Shown: positions 1 to 9,908, numbered from the stretch's first letter. The stretch is DNA of 64,000 nt from an uncultured delta proteobacterium (GCA_963771175.1 CAVYSY010000057.1:32001-96000), one strand, 5' to 3'. Made by a program: numbers and translations. The notes: a model not told the origin generated them from the sequence alone.

Positions 1-4
1 CTCC

Positions 5-1036
5 GTGCAGATGTTCCGCGCCGAGGCGCGCGGGGCCGCCATCGCTCCGCTCTACGTGCGGCGACTGTGCGTGATGATGCTGCTCGGCGCCGTGCACCTG
101 CTGGCGCTCTGGTTCGGCGACATCCTCACCATTTACGCGACGCTGGGCTTCGCGCTGCTCCTGTTCCGCGAGCGCACCGACAAGACGCTGCTCGTCTGGG
201 CCGCCCTGTTCATCTTCGTCGCGCCGATGGCCGTCATGGGCCTCATGCACTTCCTGCCCCTGCTGATGGGCGGCGGCGCGGAGAGCGCGGCGGAAGCGGC
301 CAAGGCCGCCATGGAGCGCGCCACCCAGATGAAGGCCCAGGTGCTGGAGGCCCTCACGGGCGGCACGTACCTCGAGGTCGTCCGCGTCAACGCCCACTAC
401 TACTTCGGCGAGTTCATCAAGCCGCTGCTGGTCGTGATGATCTCCATCCTCGGCCGGTTCCTGCTCGGGTTCATGGCCGGGCGGCGGCGCCTCTTCCATG
501 ACGCGCCCCAGCACCTGCCCTTCTTCCGCAAGCTGCTCGGGTGGGGCCTCCTCGCCGGAGTGCTCACCAGTGGCATCGGATTCCTGCTGCAGTACCTGAT
601 GCACCAGAAGATGCTCGACCCCCAGACGCCGTGGCTCATGTTCATGCAACCGGTGCGGCAGTTCAACGAGCTGGGCCTCGCCGCCTTCTACGTGTCGGGA
701 CTCGTGCTCCTCTTCCAGCGGCCGGCGTGGCAGAGGCTGCTGCTGGTGCTCGCCCCGGCGGGCCGCATGGCGCTGACGAACTACCTGAGCCAGACGGTGC
801 TCAGTCTCCTCCTCTTCTACGGCTTCGGGCTGGGCCTCATCGGGAAGGTGGGCCCCGCGGCGACCCTCGGGCTCACCCTGGCCATCTTCTGCGTGCAGGT
901 GGCCTTCAGCCACTGGTGGCTGGCGCGCTTCCGCTTCGGCCCCGCCGAGTGGGTGTGGCGCTCGCTGACGTACGGGAAGGCCCAGCCGATGCGCCTGCCC
1001 GCGGCTCCCGACAGCGCGCCCGGGGCCGCGGCCTGA
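5..1036 (+). CDS. DUF418 (YeiB-like) multi-pass membrane protein, 5'-truncated by window edge
   Basis: Hydrophobic ORF with WxGDILxxYA, GRMALTNYLSQT and RFRFGPAEWVWRSLTYG motifs typical of DUF418. Confidence 0.85.
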   Translation: MQMFRAEARGAAIAPLYVRRLCVMMLLGAVHLLALWFGDILTIYATLGFALLLFRERTDKTLLVWAALFIFVAPMAVMGLMHFLPLLMGGGAESAAEAAKAAMERATQMKAQVLEALTGGTYLEVVRVNAHYYFGEFIKPLLVVMISILGRFLLGFMAGRRRLFHDAPQHLPFFRKLLGWGLLAGVLTSGIGFLLQYLMHQKMLDPQTPWLMFMQPVRQFNELGLAAFYVSGLVLLFQRPAWQRLLLVLAPAGRMALTNYLSQTVLSLLLFYGFGLGLIGKVGPAATLGLTLAIFCVQVAFSHWWLARFRFGPAEWVWRSLTYGKAQPMRLPAAPDSAPGAAA

Positions 1037-1044
1037 CGTCGGCT

Positions 1045-2082
1045 TCACCGCGAGCGCAGCGCCGCGAGCCCATCCTCCCGCAGTCGGCGCGCGGTGTAGC
1101 GCGCCATGGGCAGCAGTCGCGGCGCGAGCAGCAGTTTCGCCGCCACCCACGCCGGCTTGTGGTTCATCAACTCCGTCTCCAGCAGCCGCTCCGCGGTGAA
1201 GAAGCGCGTGGCCAACAATCGCTGCCACGCCGGTGGAGCCAACGCGGCTAGCGCCTCGTCCGGCACCGCCGCCCCCACCAGCCGCCGCGCCGCATCCAGC
1301 GCGTACCACGCGAGGTGCGGGAAGGCCGTCCCCCGGGCCACCTCCACCACGCGTTCCCAGTCCAGCTCCGGGTGCGCCCGCACCAGCAGCTTCAGGTCGA
1401 ACAGCCACGACAGCCGCTGCAGCAGGTGGTTGCTCGCGTGGAGCGCGAGGTAGACGAGCTCGTCCTCGGCGCGCAGGTAACGCACGCGCCGGCCCTCCAG
1501 CTCGGCCTCCTCCGCGCGGACCAGCAGCGCCTCCGCCTCCAGCGCCTGCCCGTACCCCACCAGGGCGCGGAAGTGCAGCTCCACCAGTCCCGCCACGCCG
1601 GAGAAGGTCAGGTGGTGCTCGTGCTCCCGTGCGTGCGCCGCCTCCCGCTCGTCGAGCGCTCTCAACCCCAGCCCCACCAGGGCACGCGACGCCGCGCCCA
1701 ATTCCGCGTCCGCCACCAGCAGGTCCACGTCCGAGGTGGCCCGCTGCAGGGGCTCCGGGTAGAGGCGCACGGCCAGCCCATGCCCCTTGAGCAGCACCGG
1801 CACCACGCCCACGGCGGCCAGCGCCTCCAGGCTTCGCAGCAGCAGTGCCTTCACCTTCATGCCCCGAGCGGCCTGGCCCAGGGTCTCGCGGCGCAGGCGG
1901 GTGCGCACCGCCTCCTCCAGCGTCCAGCCCGAGCGCCCCAGCGCATGCTGCACGAAGCCCGCGAGCCCATGCCGGGCCGCCGCGTGGACCAGGGCCTCCA
2001 CATCCGAGGGCACCGGACCCTCCGGGGCCTCCGGCCAGGCGCGGAGCACGTCCAGCAGCGCCCTCGCGCCCACGCCACTCAC
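1045..2082 (-). CDS. Nucleotidyltransferase family protein (NTP_transf_5-like)
   Basis: C-terminal part of ORF 1045..3111 with LLKG...LYPEPLQRATSDVDLLV and VELHF motifs. GTG start at 2082 overlaps the upstream stop (GTGA). Confidence 0.8.
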   Translation of the reverse strand: MSGVGARALLDVLRAWPEAPEGPVPSDVEALVHAAARHGLAGFVQHALGRSGWTLEEAVRTRLRRETLGQAARGMKVKALLLRSLEALAAVGVVPVLLKGHGLAVRLYPEPLQRATSDVDLLVADAELGAASRALVGLGLRALDEREAAHAREHEHHLTFSGVAGLVELHFRALVGYGQALEAEALLVRAEEAELEGRRVRYLRAEDELVYLALHASNHLLQRLSWLFDLKLLVRAHPELDWERVVEVARGTAFPHLAWYALDAARRLVGAAVPDEALAALAPPAWQRLLATRFFTAERLLETELMNHKPAWVAAKLLLAPRLLPMARYTARRLREDGLAALRSR

Positions 2083-3563
2083 TGCCGCAGCGAGACGACG
2101 CGCTTCGGGTTCGCCTCGGCCTGGGCCAGCAGCTTCGCGGCCCGGCTCCCCACCGCGTCCGCCACCAATTCCAAGGTCAGCTCCTCGTCGCGGTTGATCT
2201 CCGAGCGCCCGTCCCCCCAGGAGATGAAGAGGTCGCCGAGCACCTTGTCCCCTCCCTTCACCTCCAGGCGAACCTCCAGCGGCAACTCCGAGCCGGCGGG
2301 CCCCTGCGTCTCGAAGGTGAGGCCCTCCCGGTTGCCCTCGTGTTGGCGCTCGAAGCTCAGCGTCAGGCGCGAGGCGTGGAGCGCCTCCGCCAGCGGGCTC
2401 ACCGCGGTCCAGAGTTCCTTCACCTGGGAGGCCGAGCGCACCGCCTCGGTCACGTTCCTCACCATTGAGCGCATCTGGATGTTCTTGCGCCGCACCTCGC
2501 CCACGCCGCTGGCGCGCCACAGGTCCAGGTAGCCCAGCTTGCGCATCACCACCACCACCACCACCGCCATGCCCGTGAGCAGCATGGCGCTCTGCGCGGT
2601 GTTGGCCCAGTGCAGGCCGAGCGCCGTCAGGGTGAAGAGGACGCACAGGCCGTAGAGCACCAGCACCGCCGCGCGGTGGCTGAGCACCAGCCGGCTCATC
2701 AGCCGGTGGTGGATGTGCTCCTTGTCCGCGCTGAACATGGGCCGACCCAAGAGGGTGCGCCGCACCATGGCCAGCAGCGTGTCCATGATGGGCAGGCCCA
2801 GCGCCATCACCGGCACCAGCATGGCCACCGCGGTGCCGCTCTTGGCGCTCGTCTTGATGGAGACGGCCGCCAGCACGAAGCCCAGGAACATGCTGCCCGT
2901 GTCCCCCATGAAGATGGAGGCCGGGTTGAAGTTGAAGACGAGGAAGCCGAGGATGGCTCCCGCCAGCGCCGCCATGACGAGGCACAGCAGCACGTCCCCC
3001 CGGCTGAGCGCGAGGATGAAGTTGGTGCCCACCCCGAAGAAGGCGACCCCGCCCGCCAGCCCGTCCAGCCCGTCGATGAGGTTGAGCGCGTTGATGACGC
3101 CCACCACCCACAGCACCGTGAAGGGCAGGCTGAGCAACCCCAGCGACAGCTCCGGCCCGAAGGGGTTGGCGAGCAGCTCGATACGGAAGCCGAGCGCGTA
3201 CAGCCCGAGCGCCACCAGGAACTGCACGCCGAACTTCAGCCTCGCGCCCGCGCCGCGCAGGTCGTCATAGAGGCCCAGCACCACCACCACCAGCCCGCCG
3301 CCGAACAGGCCCCACACCAGCGCCGTCTGCGTGTGGAAGTGGCTGCCCACCCTCGAGTCCACGAGGAAGAGCGCGCAGAGGGGCGCGAAGAACCCGCCCA
3401 CGATGCCGATGCCGCCCAGGCGGGGAATGGGGCGGACGTGCACCTTCCGGCTGGAGTTGGCCTGGTCCAACCACCCCCAGGCCAGCGCGCGATCGCGCAC
3501 CACCAGCGTCAGCACCAGTCCCACCACCAGAGCGACGAGGAAGGCAACCAGGTAGGTAATCAT
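2079..3563 (-). CDS. wecA: WecA/MraY-family undecaprenyl-phosphate GlcNAc-1-phosphate transferase (PNPT) with C-terminal extension
   Basis: Motifs RKVHxxPIPRLGG, GLYDD, NALNLIDGLDGLA, FNFNPASIFMGDTGS and DKEHIHHRL. ATG at 3563 with GGAGAGG RBS. Confidence 0.9.
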   Translation of the reverse strand: MITYLVAFLVALVVGLVLTLVVRDRALAWGWLDQANSSRKVHVRPIPRLGGIGIVGGFFAPLCALFLVDSRVGSHFHTQTALVWGLFGGGLVVVVLGLYDDLRGAGARLKFGVQFLVALGLYALGFRIELLANPFGPELSLGLLSLPFTVLWVVGVINALNLIDGLDGLAGGVAFFGVGTNFILALSRGDVLLCLVMAALAGAILGFLVFNFNPASIFMGDTGSMFLGFVLAAVSIKTSAKSGTAVAMLVPVMALGLPIMDTLLAMVRRTLLGRPMFSADKEHIHHRLMSRLVLSHRAAVLVLYGLCVLFTLTALGLHWANTAQSAMLLTGMAVVVVVVMRKLGYLDLWRASGVGEVRRKNIQMRSMVRNVTEAVRSASQVKELWTAVSPLAEALHASRLTLSFERQHEGNREGLTFETQGPAGSELPLEVRLEVKGGDKVLGDLFISWGDGRSEINRDEELTLELVADAVGSRAAKLLAQAEANPKRVVSLRQ

Positions 3564-3689
3564 CTCGACCTCTCCACCCCTAGATACACGCATGGTGGCC
3601 GGGGGGCCGAGGAGCGTCAATGACCGGCGGTGCTACTCATATGTCGCTTATGAGCAGAGCGGACAAACAAACAGCGCAAGAATCATGAC

Positions 3690-3711
3690 TCCCTACCCAA
3701 GCCGAGGGGGC
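3690..3711. repeat. Direct repeat copy 1: TCCCTACCCAAGCCG(A)GGGGGC
   Basis: 15-bp identical core also found at 6286-6300. Confidence 0.75.
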
Positions 3712-3824
3712 TGGCCAGGGCCTCCACTTCTTGGGGCGTCGGGCGAAGATGGGACGGGAGGCCAGCACCGGTGTGGCCGGTGTGCGCCCGGATCGGCTCA
3801 GCATGGGGCGTGGGTCCAGAGCAT

Positions 3825-3860
3825 GACACCCACCGGCCTCGTTCGAGGCCGGTGGGTGTC
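3825..3860 (-). terminator. Perfect 16-bp stem hairpin downstream of the heme lipoprotein gene
   Basis: GACACCCACCGGCCTC-gttc-GAGGCCGGTGGGTGTC. A second weaker hairpin (CTCGGGTGG...CCACCCGAG) lies at ~3880-3911. Confidence 0.65.
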
Positions 3861-3942
3861 GGGAGCACTCACCCTAGGGCTCGGGTGGGAGGTTGTCCAC
3901 AGCCACCCGAGGTGGTGAGCCGTGATGCTGTCAGCTCGAGCG

Positions 3943-6150
3943 TCAGTACGCCGCGGACGAGCAGCGGACGTAGTGCTGGTACGACCAGCAGGTGGCGTTC
4001 TTCACCTTGGACCAGTCGGCCTGGGTCCAGATGGTCTGCGCCCAGTCGGCGATCTGGTTGACGAGCGTGGGGTTCACGCCGTGGTACTTGAACTGCGGGA
4101 GCATCCACCAGATGCGATTGCCCAACGAGCCATCGTAGTGGCCGGTAATCGCTTCCGTCCTGCTCGCGCCACCACCGTTCAGCCAATCCGAGACGGCGTA
4201 CTGACGGGTCTTGTCCCACCAGGTGGACAGGAGGGCCTCCATGATGGCTCGCCGCTCGTCGCCGGTGATATCCGACCAGCCCTCCATGAACGAGGGCGAC
4301 ACCAGGCGGCTGAGGTCCCCCGAGAGCTTCGGCGCCCAGCCCGCCGAGTAGGGGGCATTGGGCTTGAGCGTGTTGTCCGAAGTCTGCATGCCCTTCGTCA
4401 GCCACAACGCGAGCAAGGCATTGTTGGGCACGGCCGTGGAGCCGGCGGTCCGCATGCTGATGATGGCACCATGCGTGTAACCCCAGTCGAGCGGCCGCTG
4501 GGCATTGCGGGCCGAGCCGTCCGTATGGTTGCCATTGAAGAGCACCAGGGCCACGTGGTACCAGGCCATGTTGAAGTAGTGGTAGGTGAGCGGGCTGCTA
4601 TCGAGGATGCCCGTTTTGTCCTTCGGCAGCTTGAGGAGGTTGGGTGAGGTGTCGAAGACGCTGTTGGACATCCACCCCCGGGTGTCTCGCGACGAGGGGA
4701 AGAGCTGGCGTTGATGACCCTCGAGGCCGAACTCCTGCATCACCTCCCACATCTTCACCACCTGCCAGAGGGAAGTGTCATAGACCTTGCGCGAGTACTC
4801 GATTGTAGGGTTGGAGACGACGTTCGGAAACCGCGGGCTCAAGAACTCGTAGAGGGCCAGGTTCCAGGCGCGGTGGGGATAGAAGATCGCGGAATTGTAG
4901 TTGGTGTAGCCCGCGGCCTTCACCTTCGCGGCCAGGTCGCGCATGCTGGCGCCGACGCCGGTCGCCGTCCCCTCACCCGCGTAGTACTTGTTGAGCTTGT
5001 GATTGACGAAGGCATCGCCCCAAGCGTCCTTGGGGTGGACGCTCGGCAGCCAGTGGTTCCAGTCCGGGAACTGGAAGTAGATGGGCATCTCGCGCACGCT
5101 GAGGTTCGCCGTCGTGGCGACGGCCGACTTCTGGATGCCGGCCGGGAACAGGTAGCGCAGCAGGTCGCGATCCTTCTCCAGCACCGCGTCCACGCCCGCT
5201 CCGGCCGCCCACACCTCCACGGGCTTGGAGTCGAGCCCCAAGCCGGGCTGGTAGGGCGGGTTCCACGGCCGCCCCGGGTTCTGCACGCCCGGCAGCGTCC
5301 GGATGTAGGAGGCGATCTTCCGGCCCTCGAGCTCCGTGAGGCCATGGAACTTCGCCCGCTCGATGATGGCGTGGTTCGAATAGTTGAAATACTTCAGGTC
5401 CCTGCCGTCCTGGGCATGGCAATCCATGCAGCGGGCGCGGATGGCCACGGGATTCTTGCTGGAGCGCACGAGCTGCCGGGTGTGCCAGAGCCTCCCACCC
5501 TCGGCGATGGAGGTGGCATCCGAGAACGGCGGCAGCCAGGTGGCCGGGGAGTCCTGCGTGAAGGTGGAGTCCGGCAGGACGCGGCTCCCATCGGCCCGGA
5601 GGAGGTTGAGCTTCAGCACCCGGTAGCCGATGGACCTCTCGTCCGTGACGTTGAACCGGAAGGAGATCTGGTTGTCGCCCGCCACCAGCGCGCCGGTGGG
5701 GACGTTCAGCGCCAGCTTCACGGTCGAGAAGACGCCGCCGATGCCCCCGTAGGCCTTCCCGAGCCCCTCGACGGTCACCGTGTTGTTGTTGAGGGGCAGC
5801 CAGGCGCCGGAGTTGAAGCGGACGCTGGCCTTGGTCGCGTAGCTCAGGCTGTGCGCCTGGAGCCAGAGCTTCAGCGGCTGCTGGACGTCCGTAGAGGTCA
5901 GGGAGACCGTGACGGACCGCGTGAAGCCCTCGGGACCGATGACCTCGATGGGCAGGGTGATGGGCGCGGTGAGGGCGGACTCCTGCTGGGCCATTTCACC
6001 CGGGAGCTCCTGCCCATCTGAGTACTCCTGCCCATCTGAGTACTCCGAGGGATCGCTCCCGTCTGGGGGCTGGCACCCGGTGAAGACCAACGAGAAGCCC
6101 AATGAGAGGAATGAGACACAGCGAAGAACTGAGTGTTTTGTTTTGACCAT
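3943..6150 (-). CDS. Large uncharacterised lipoprotein with one CxxCH heme-c motif
   Basis: 735-aa ORF with lipobox FTGC (Cys26), an N-terminal beta-rich region, RCMDCHAQDGRDLKYFNYSN, and a helical Trp/Tyr-rich C-terminal half. Confidence 0.75.
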   Translation of the reverse strand: MVKTKHSVLRCVSFLSLGFSLVFTGCQPPDGSDPSEYSDGQEYSDGQELPGEMAQQESALTAPITLPIEVIGPEGFTRSVTVSLTSTDVQQPLKLWLQAHSLSYATKASVRFNSGAWLPLNNNTVTVEGLGKAYGGIGGVFSTVKLALNVPTGALVAGDNQISFRFNVTDERSIGYRVLKLNLLRADGSRVLPDSTFTQDSPATWLPPFSDATSIAEGGRLWHTRQLVRSSKNPVAIRARCMDCHAQDGRDLKYFNYSNHAIIERAKFHGLTELEGRKIASYIRTLPGVQNPGRPWNPPYQPGLGLDSKPVEVWAAGAGVDAVLEKDRDLLRYLFPAGIQKSAVATTANLSVREMPIYFQFPDWNHWLPSVHPKDAWGDAFVNHKLNKYYAGEGTATGVGASMRDLAAKVKAAGYTNYNSAIFYPHRAWNLALYEFLSPRFPNVVSNPTIEYSRKVYDTSLWQVVKMWEVMQEFGLEGHQRQLFPSSRDTRGWMSNSVFDTSPNLLKLPKDKTGILDSSPLTYHYFNMAWYHVALVLFNGNHTDGSARNAQRPLDWGYTHGAIISMRTAGSTAVPNNALLALWLTKGMQTSDNTLKPNAPYSAGWAPKLSGDLSRLVSPSFMEGWSDITGDERRAIMEALLSTWWDKTRQYAVSDWLNGGGASRTEAITGHYDGSLGNRIWWMLPQFKYHGVNPTLVNQIADWAQTIWTQADWSKVKNATCWSYQHYVRCSSAAY
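6007..6046. repeat. 18-bp tandem repeat (~2.2 copies) encoding EYSDGQ
   Basis: ctcctgcccatctgagta x2 followed by ctcc. Confidence 0.85.
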
Positions 6151-6154
6151 TGTT

Positions 6155-6177
6155 TGGCACTGAAAACATCAGTGCCA
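6155..6177. promoter_or_regulatory. Inverted repeat immediately upstream of the heme lipoprotein start codon
   Basis: TGGCACTGA-aaaca-TCAGTGCCA, 4 nt from the ATG at 6150. Confidence 0.45.
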
Positions 6178-6285
6178 CGCAATGAACAAGAGACGAGCAG
6201 GCGAGGGAGGGCCCCTCCGCGGGCAGGCTCAGGAAGTGAGGCGTCAGGCTTTCTCCTGTCCAGGTCTCATCATCAGCCGCACTCA

Positions 6286-6306
6286 TCCCTACCCAAGCCG
6301 GGGGGC
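6286..6306. repeat. Direct repeat copy 2: TCCCTACCCAAGCCGGGGGGC
   Basis: Matches 3690-3711. Confidence 0.75.
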
Positions 6307-6326
6307 GATTGGGTAAGACGGGCAGC

Positions 6327-7478
6327 GTGAACGAGAAGGCTCTGGTACTCGCAGCCAACGCCGTGGCCCGACAGGGAGGCCAGGGCCTCAACCTCCAGCA
6401 CATGGTCGAAGCGCTCCGCGAGGACTTCGAGCTGAGCGTCTTCTGCCGCGATGCGGGCGAGCCTCGCACCCACCGTGTGCCCGCCTCGCGCCTGTCCACG
6501 GCCTTGGGGCGAGTGCCGCTGCTGCGGCGCCGGCGCGACTGGCTGGTGCTGGCGAGCGACCTGCACTTCGACCGCTACGTGGCCTCGCACCTGCCGGCCG
6601 CGGACGTCTTCCTGGGCGTGGTGGGCCAGTGCGCCGAGAGCCTCCAGGCCGCCCGGCGCCGGGGCATGCGCACCGTGCTGGACGTGGTGAACACCCACGT
6701 GGACGACTTCCGCGCCCACGTGGACCGCGAGTCCCGGAAGTTCGGCCTCAAGGGCAACATCGGCCCGGGCATGTACCGGCGCATCCTCACCGAGTACCGC
6801 ACGGCGGACGTGGTGCGGGTGATGTCCGAGCGGTCCAGGCGCACCTTCCTCGCGCGCGGCTTCCCCGAGGAGAAGCTGGTGGTGGCCTCGCCGCCCATGG
6901 AGGTCGGCGAGTTCCCCCAGGCCACCTTCCCCCAGGACGTCTTCCGGGTGAGCTTCGTGGGCCTCATCGAGCCGTGGAAGGGCTTCCACTACCTGCTGGA
7001 AGCCTGGGACGCGCTGAAGCCGAAGGACGCGGAGCTGGTGCTGTGGGGCGGCTCGGGCTCGCGCGCGGCGACGCACATGCTGCGGGACTTCCAGGCGCGC
7101 CACGCCTCCCTCCAGGTGAAGCCGGTGGAGGTGCGCAAGGCGGGCTACGGCGAGGTGTACGGGAAGACGAGCGTGCTGGTGCACCCCTCGCTGGCCGACG
7201 GCTACTCCTACGCGGTGGTGGAGGCCATGGCCAGTGGCGTGCCCGTCATCGTCACCGACAACACCGGCGCGGCGGACCTCGTGGAGGACGGCGTCAACGG
7301 CTACGTCGTCCCCACCGCCGATGCGCGAGCCATCGCCGAGCGGCTGGAGCACCTCCACCGCCACCCGGAGCTGCTGCCGCGCATGGGGGAGAAGGCGCGC
7401 GAGGCCGTGCGCCGCCACCTCACCCCCGAGAACTTCCGGCGCCCGCTCGTCACTCGCATCCAGCAGGCCCTCGCATGA
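6327..7478 (+). CDS. GT4 family glycosyltransferase
   Basis: FVGLIEPWKG and HPSLADGYSYAVVEAMASGVPV GT-B motifs. Confidence 0.9.
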   Translation: MNEKALVLAANAVARQGGQGLNLQHMVEALREDFELSVFCRDAGEPRTHRVPASRLSTALGRVPLLRRRRDWLVLASDLHFDRYVASHLPAADVFLGVVGQCAESLQAARRRGMRTVLDVVNTHVDDFRAHVDRESRKFGLKGNIGPGMYRRILTEYRTADVVRVMSERSRRTFLARGFPEEKLVVASPPMEVGEFPQATFPQDVFRVSFVGLIEPWKGFHYLLEAWDALKPKDAELVLWGGSGSRAATHMLRDFQARHASLQVKPVEVRKAGYGEVYGKTSVLVHPSLADGYSYAVVEAMASGVPVIVTDNTGAADLVEDGVNGYVVPTADARAIAERLEHLHRHPELLPRMGEKAREAVRRHLTPENFRRPLVTRIQQALA

Positions 7479-8217
7479 GCACCCCACTCGCCCCCGGCTC
7501 GCCCCTCTCGGACGTCACCGCCGTGCTGCTGTGCGGCGGCAAGGGCGAGCGTCTGCGCCCCTTCACCGAGCACTTCCCCAAGCCCCTGGTGCCCCTCAAC
7601 GGCAAGCCGCTGCTCCAGCACCTGCTGAGCTACCTGTCCCTCCAGGGCGTGCGCCGCTTCGTGCTGTGCACCGGCTACAAGGCCGAGGCCATCGCCCGCT
7701 TCGTGGAGGAGCTGGCCCTGCCCCAGGGGCTCGAGGTGGTGTGCGTGGACTCGGGCGAGGCCGCCAGCATGGCGGACCGCGTGCTGGACGCCCGGAAGCA
7801 TGTGTCGGGCCGGGCACTCATCTGCTACGGAGACACCCTGGCCAACGTGGACCTCGACTCGCTCGCCCGCCGCCACGTGGAGTCCGGTGCCCTGGCCACG
7901 GTGACGGTGTACCCGCTGCGGAGCCCCTATGGCATCGTGTCCCTCGCGGGGACTCGGACCGGGTGGCGGGGCTGCTGGAGAAGCCCGTGCTGCCGTATTG
8001 GATCAACATCGGCTTCATCCTCTGCGAGCCGGCCGCGCTGGATACGATGCGCCGGGGCACGGACCTGGTGACGTTCCTCGCCTCGCTGGCGGAGCGCGGG
8101 GCGGTGCGGGCCCACAAGCACCAGGACAAGCACCTGACGGTGAACACGGAGAAGGAGCGCTCCGAGGCCGAGGGCGAAATCGGGTTCTTCACGCTTCTGG
8201 AAGGGACGGGAACATGA
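7475..8217 (+). CDS. Sugar-phosphate nucleotidyltransferase (frameshift ~7945)
   Basis: LLCGGKGERLRPFTEHFPKPLV start in one frame, continuing as EKPVLPYWINIGF in another frame. Confidence 0.8.
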
Positions 8218-9182
8218 GCGGGATGAAAGACAAGCGCGTGGTGGTGACAGGCGGCTCCGGCTTCATTGGCAGCCACCTGGTGAAGCAGCTGCTGGAGCAG
8301 GGCGCGAAGGTGGCCGTCACGACGCGCTACGGCAACGTGATGAAGAACGAGCGCCTGCGCGAGGAGTGGCCGCGCATCAAGGTGATTGAAGCGGACTTGC
8401 GCAACCGCGGCGCGCTGGACGCGGTGGCGAAGTTCAACCCCCAGGTGGTGTTCCACCTGGCCGCCTACAACCACGTGGGCGAGAGCTTCCGGCAGGTGGA
8501 GGAGTGCTTCGACGTCAACGCCAAGGGCACCGCCAACCTGCTGGACGTGGTGCCCGGCACCGAGTCCTTCATCTACATGTCCACCTCGGAGGTGTACGGC
8601 TACCAGAAGTCCGTGCCCTTCGTGGAGACGATGAGCCCCGAGCCCATCTCGCCCTACGCCATCACCAAGTACGCGGGCGAGCTGTACTGCCGGATGAAGC
8701 AGCGGATGAAGGGCAGCGGGCGCATCGTCGTGCTGCGACCCTTCAACGCCTACGGCCCCTACCAGAGCAGCAAGGCCATCATCCCCGAGCTCATCATCAA
8801 CTGCCTCAAGGGCAAGCCCGTCCGCACCACCAAGGGCGAGCAGACCCGCGAGTTCAACTACGTGGGCAACCTGGTGGACGGGCTCCTCGCCGCCGCCGAG
8901 GACAAGAGCACCATCGAGGGTCCGGTGAACCTCGCCTCGGGCGAGGAGGTGGCCATCCGCGACCTGGTGAAGAAGATCGCCACGCTCACCGAAACGAAGT
9001 CCTCCATCGAGATTGGCGCGCTGGAGAACCGGCCCACCGAAATCTGGCGGATGTTCGCGGACAGCACGCGGGCGCGCTCGCTGTTCGGCTGGACGCCTCG
9101 GGTGAGCCTGGACGAGGGCCTCAAACGCACGGTGGAGTGGTACCGCCACTACCTCGCCAACGGCGGCTCCCACCTGGAGTGA
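8214..9182 (+). CDS. NAD-dependent sugar epimerase/dehydratase (extended SDR)
   Basis: TGGSGFIGSH, STSEVYG, YxxxK (YAITK) and LRPFNAYGP motifs. Confidence 0.9.
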   Translation: MSGMKDKRVVVTGGSGFIGSHLVKQLLEQGAKVAVTTRYGNVMKNERLREEWPRIKVIEADLRNRGALDAVAKFNPQVVFHLAAYNHVGESFRQVEECFDVNAKGTANLLDVVPGTESFIYMSTSEVYGYQKSVPFVETMSPEPISPYAITKYAGELYCRMKQRMKGSGRIVVLRPFNAYGPYQSSKAIIPELIINCLKGKPVRTTKGEQTREFNYVGNLVDGLLAAAEDKSTIEGPVNLASGEEVAIRDLVKKIATLTETKSSIEIGALENRPTEIWRMFADSTRARSLFGWTPRVSLDEGLKRTVEWYRHYLANGGSHLE

Positions 9183-9189
9183 GCCAATC

Positions 9190-9898
9190 ATGGAAAGCAT
9201 CCTCAACCGACTGCGGCCCCTGGCCCGCCTGATGCCCGAGGGCCTCAAGGGCCCGCTTCGCAACGTGGTCCGCGACTGGCAGCTCCGCCAGGCCATGGAG
9301 CGGATCGCCGCGCTGCCTCCCGGGCGCCTGCCCACGCCCCGGCATGGTGGAGGAGCTGCGGCTGGGTTGGGGCAACCTGGGCTACGCCGCGCGTCCCGAG
9401 TACCTCCAGGAGCTGATGGAGCGGGCCTCGACGACGCCCGGCCCCATCCTCGAGTGCGGCTCGGGCGTCTCCACCCTGCTGCTGGGGTTGCTGGCCGGCA
9501 AGCGGGGCGTGGAGACGTGGACGCTGGAGCACCTGCCCCAGTGGCATGCGCGCGTGTCCGGCACCCTGGAGCGACAGGGCCTGCGCCACGTCCACAACTG
9601 CCTCGCCCCGCTGCGCGACTACGGCGGCTACTCCTGGTACTCGCCTCCGGTGGAGCGCATGCCGGCCTCCTTCCAGCTCGTCATCTGTGACGGGCCCCCC
9701 GGCTCGACACCGGGCGGACGCTATGGCCTGTGGCCGGTGCTCGGCGAGCGGCTCGCCCCGGGCGCCGTCATCCTCCTGGATGACGCGGACCGGCCCGGCG
9801 AGGAGGAGGTGCTGCAGCGCTGGCGAGCCGAGGCGGACATGCGCGTGGAGATGCGCCGGGTCCAGGGCGGCGCCTACGCCGTCATCACCCGCCCGTGA
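9190..9898 (+). CDS. Class I SAM-dependent methyltransferase (frameshift ~9340)
   Basis: ILECGSGVST, ICDGPPG and LLDDADR motifs; N-terminus lies in a different frame. Confidence 0.75.
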
Positions 9899-9908
9899 GC
9901 ACTCCGGC

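Noticed and set aside
1045..2082. Lasso-peptide cluster, since NTP_transf_5 genes often occur there
   Set aside because: No lasso cyclase, B protein, PqqD/RRE or precursor seen in the window.
6007..6046. Tandem repeat as a CRISPR array or phase-variation tract
   Set aside because: Only two 18-bp in-frame copies with no spacers; a simple linker duplication.
6155..6177. TGGCAC as a sigma-54 -24 element
   Set aside because: No correctly spaced -12 GC/TTGC on either strand; retained only as an inverted repeat.
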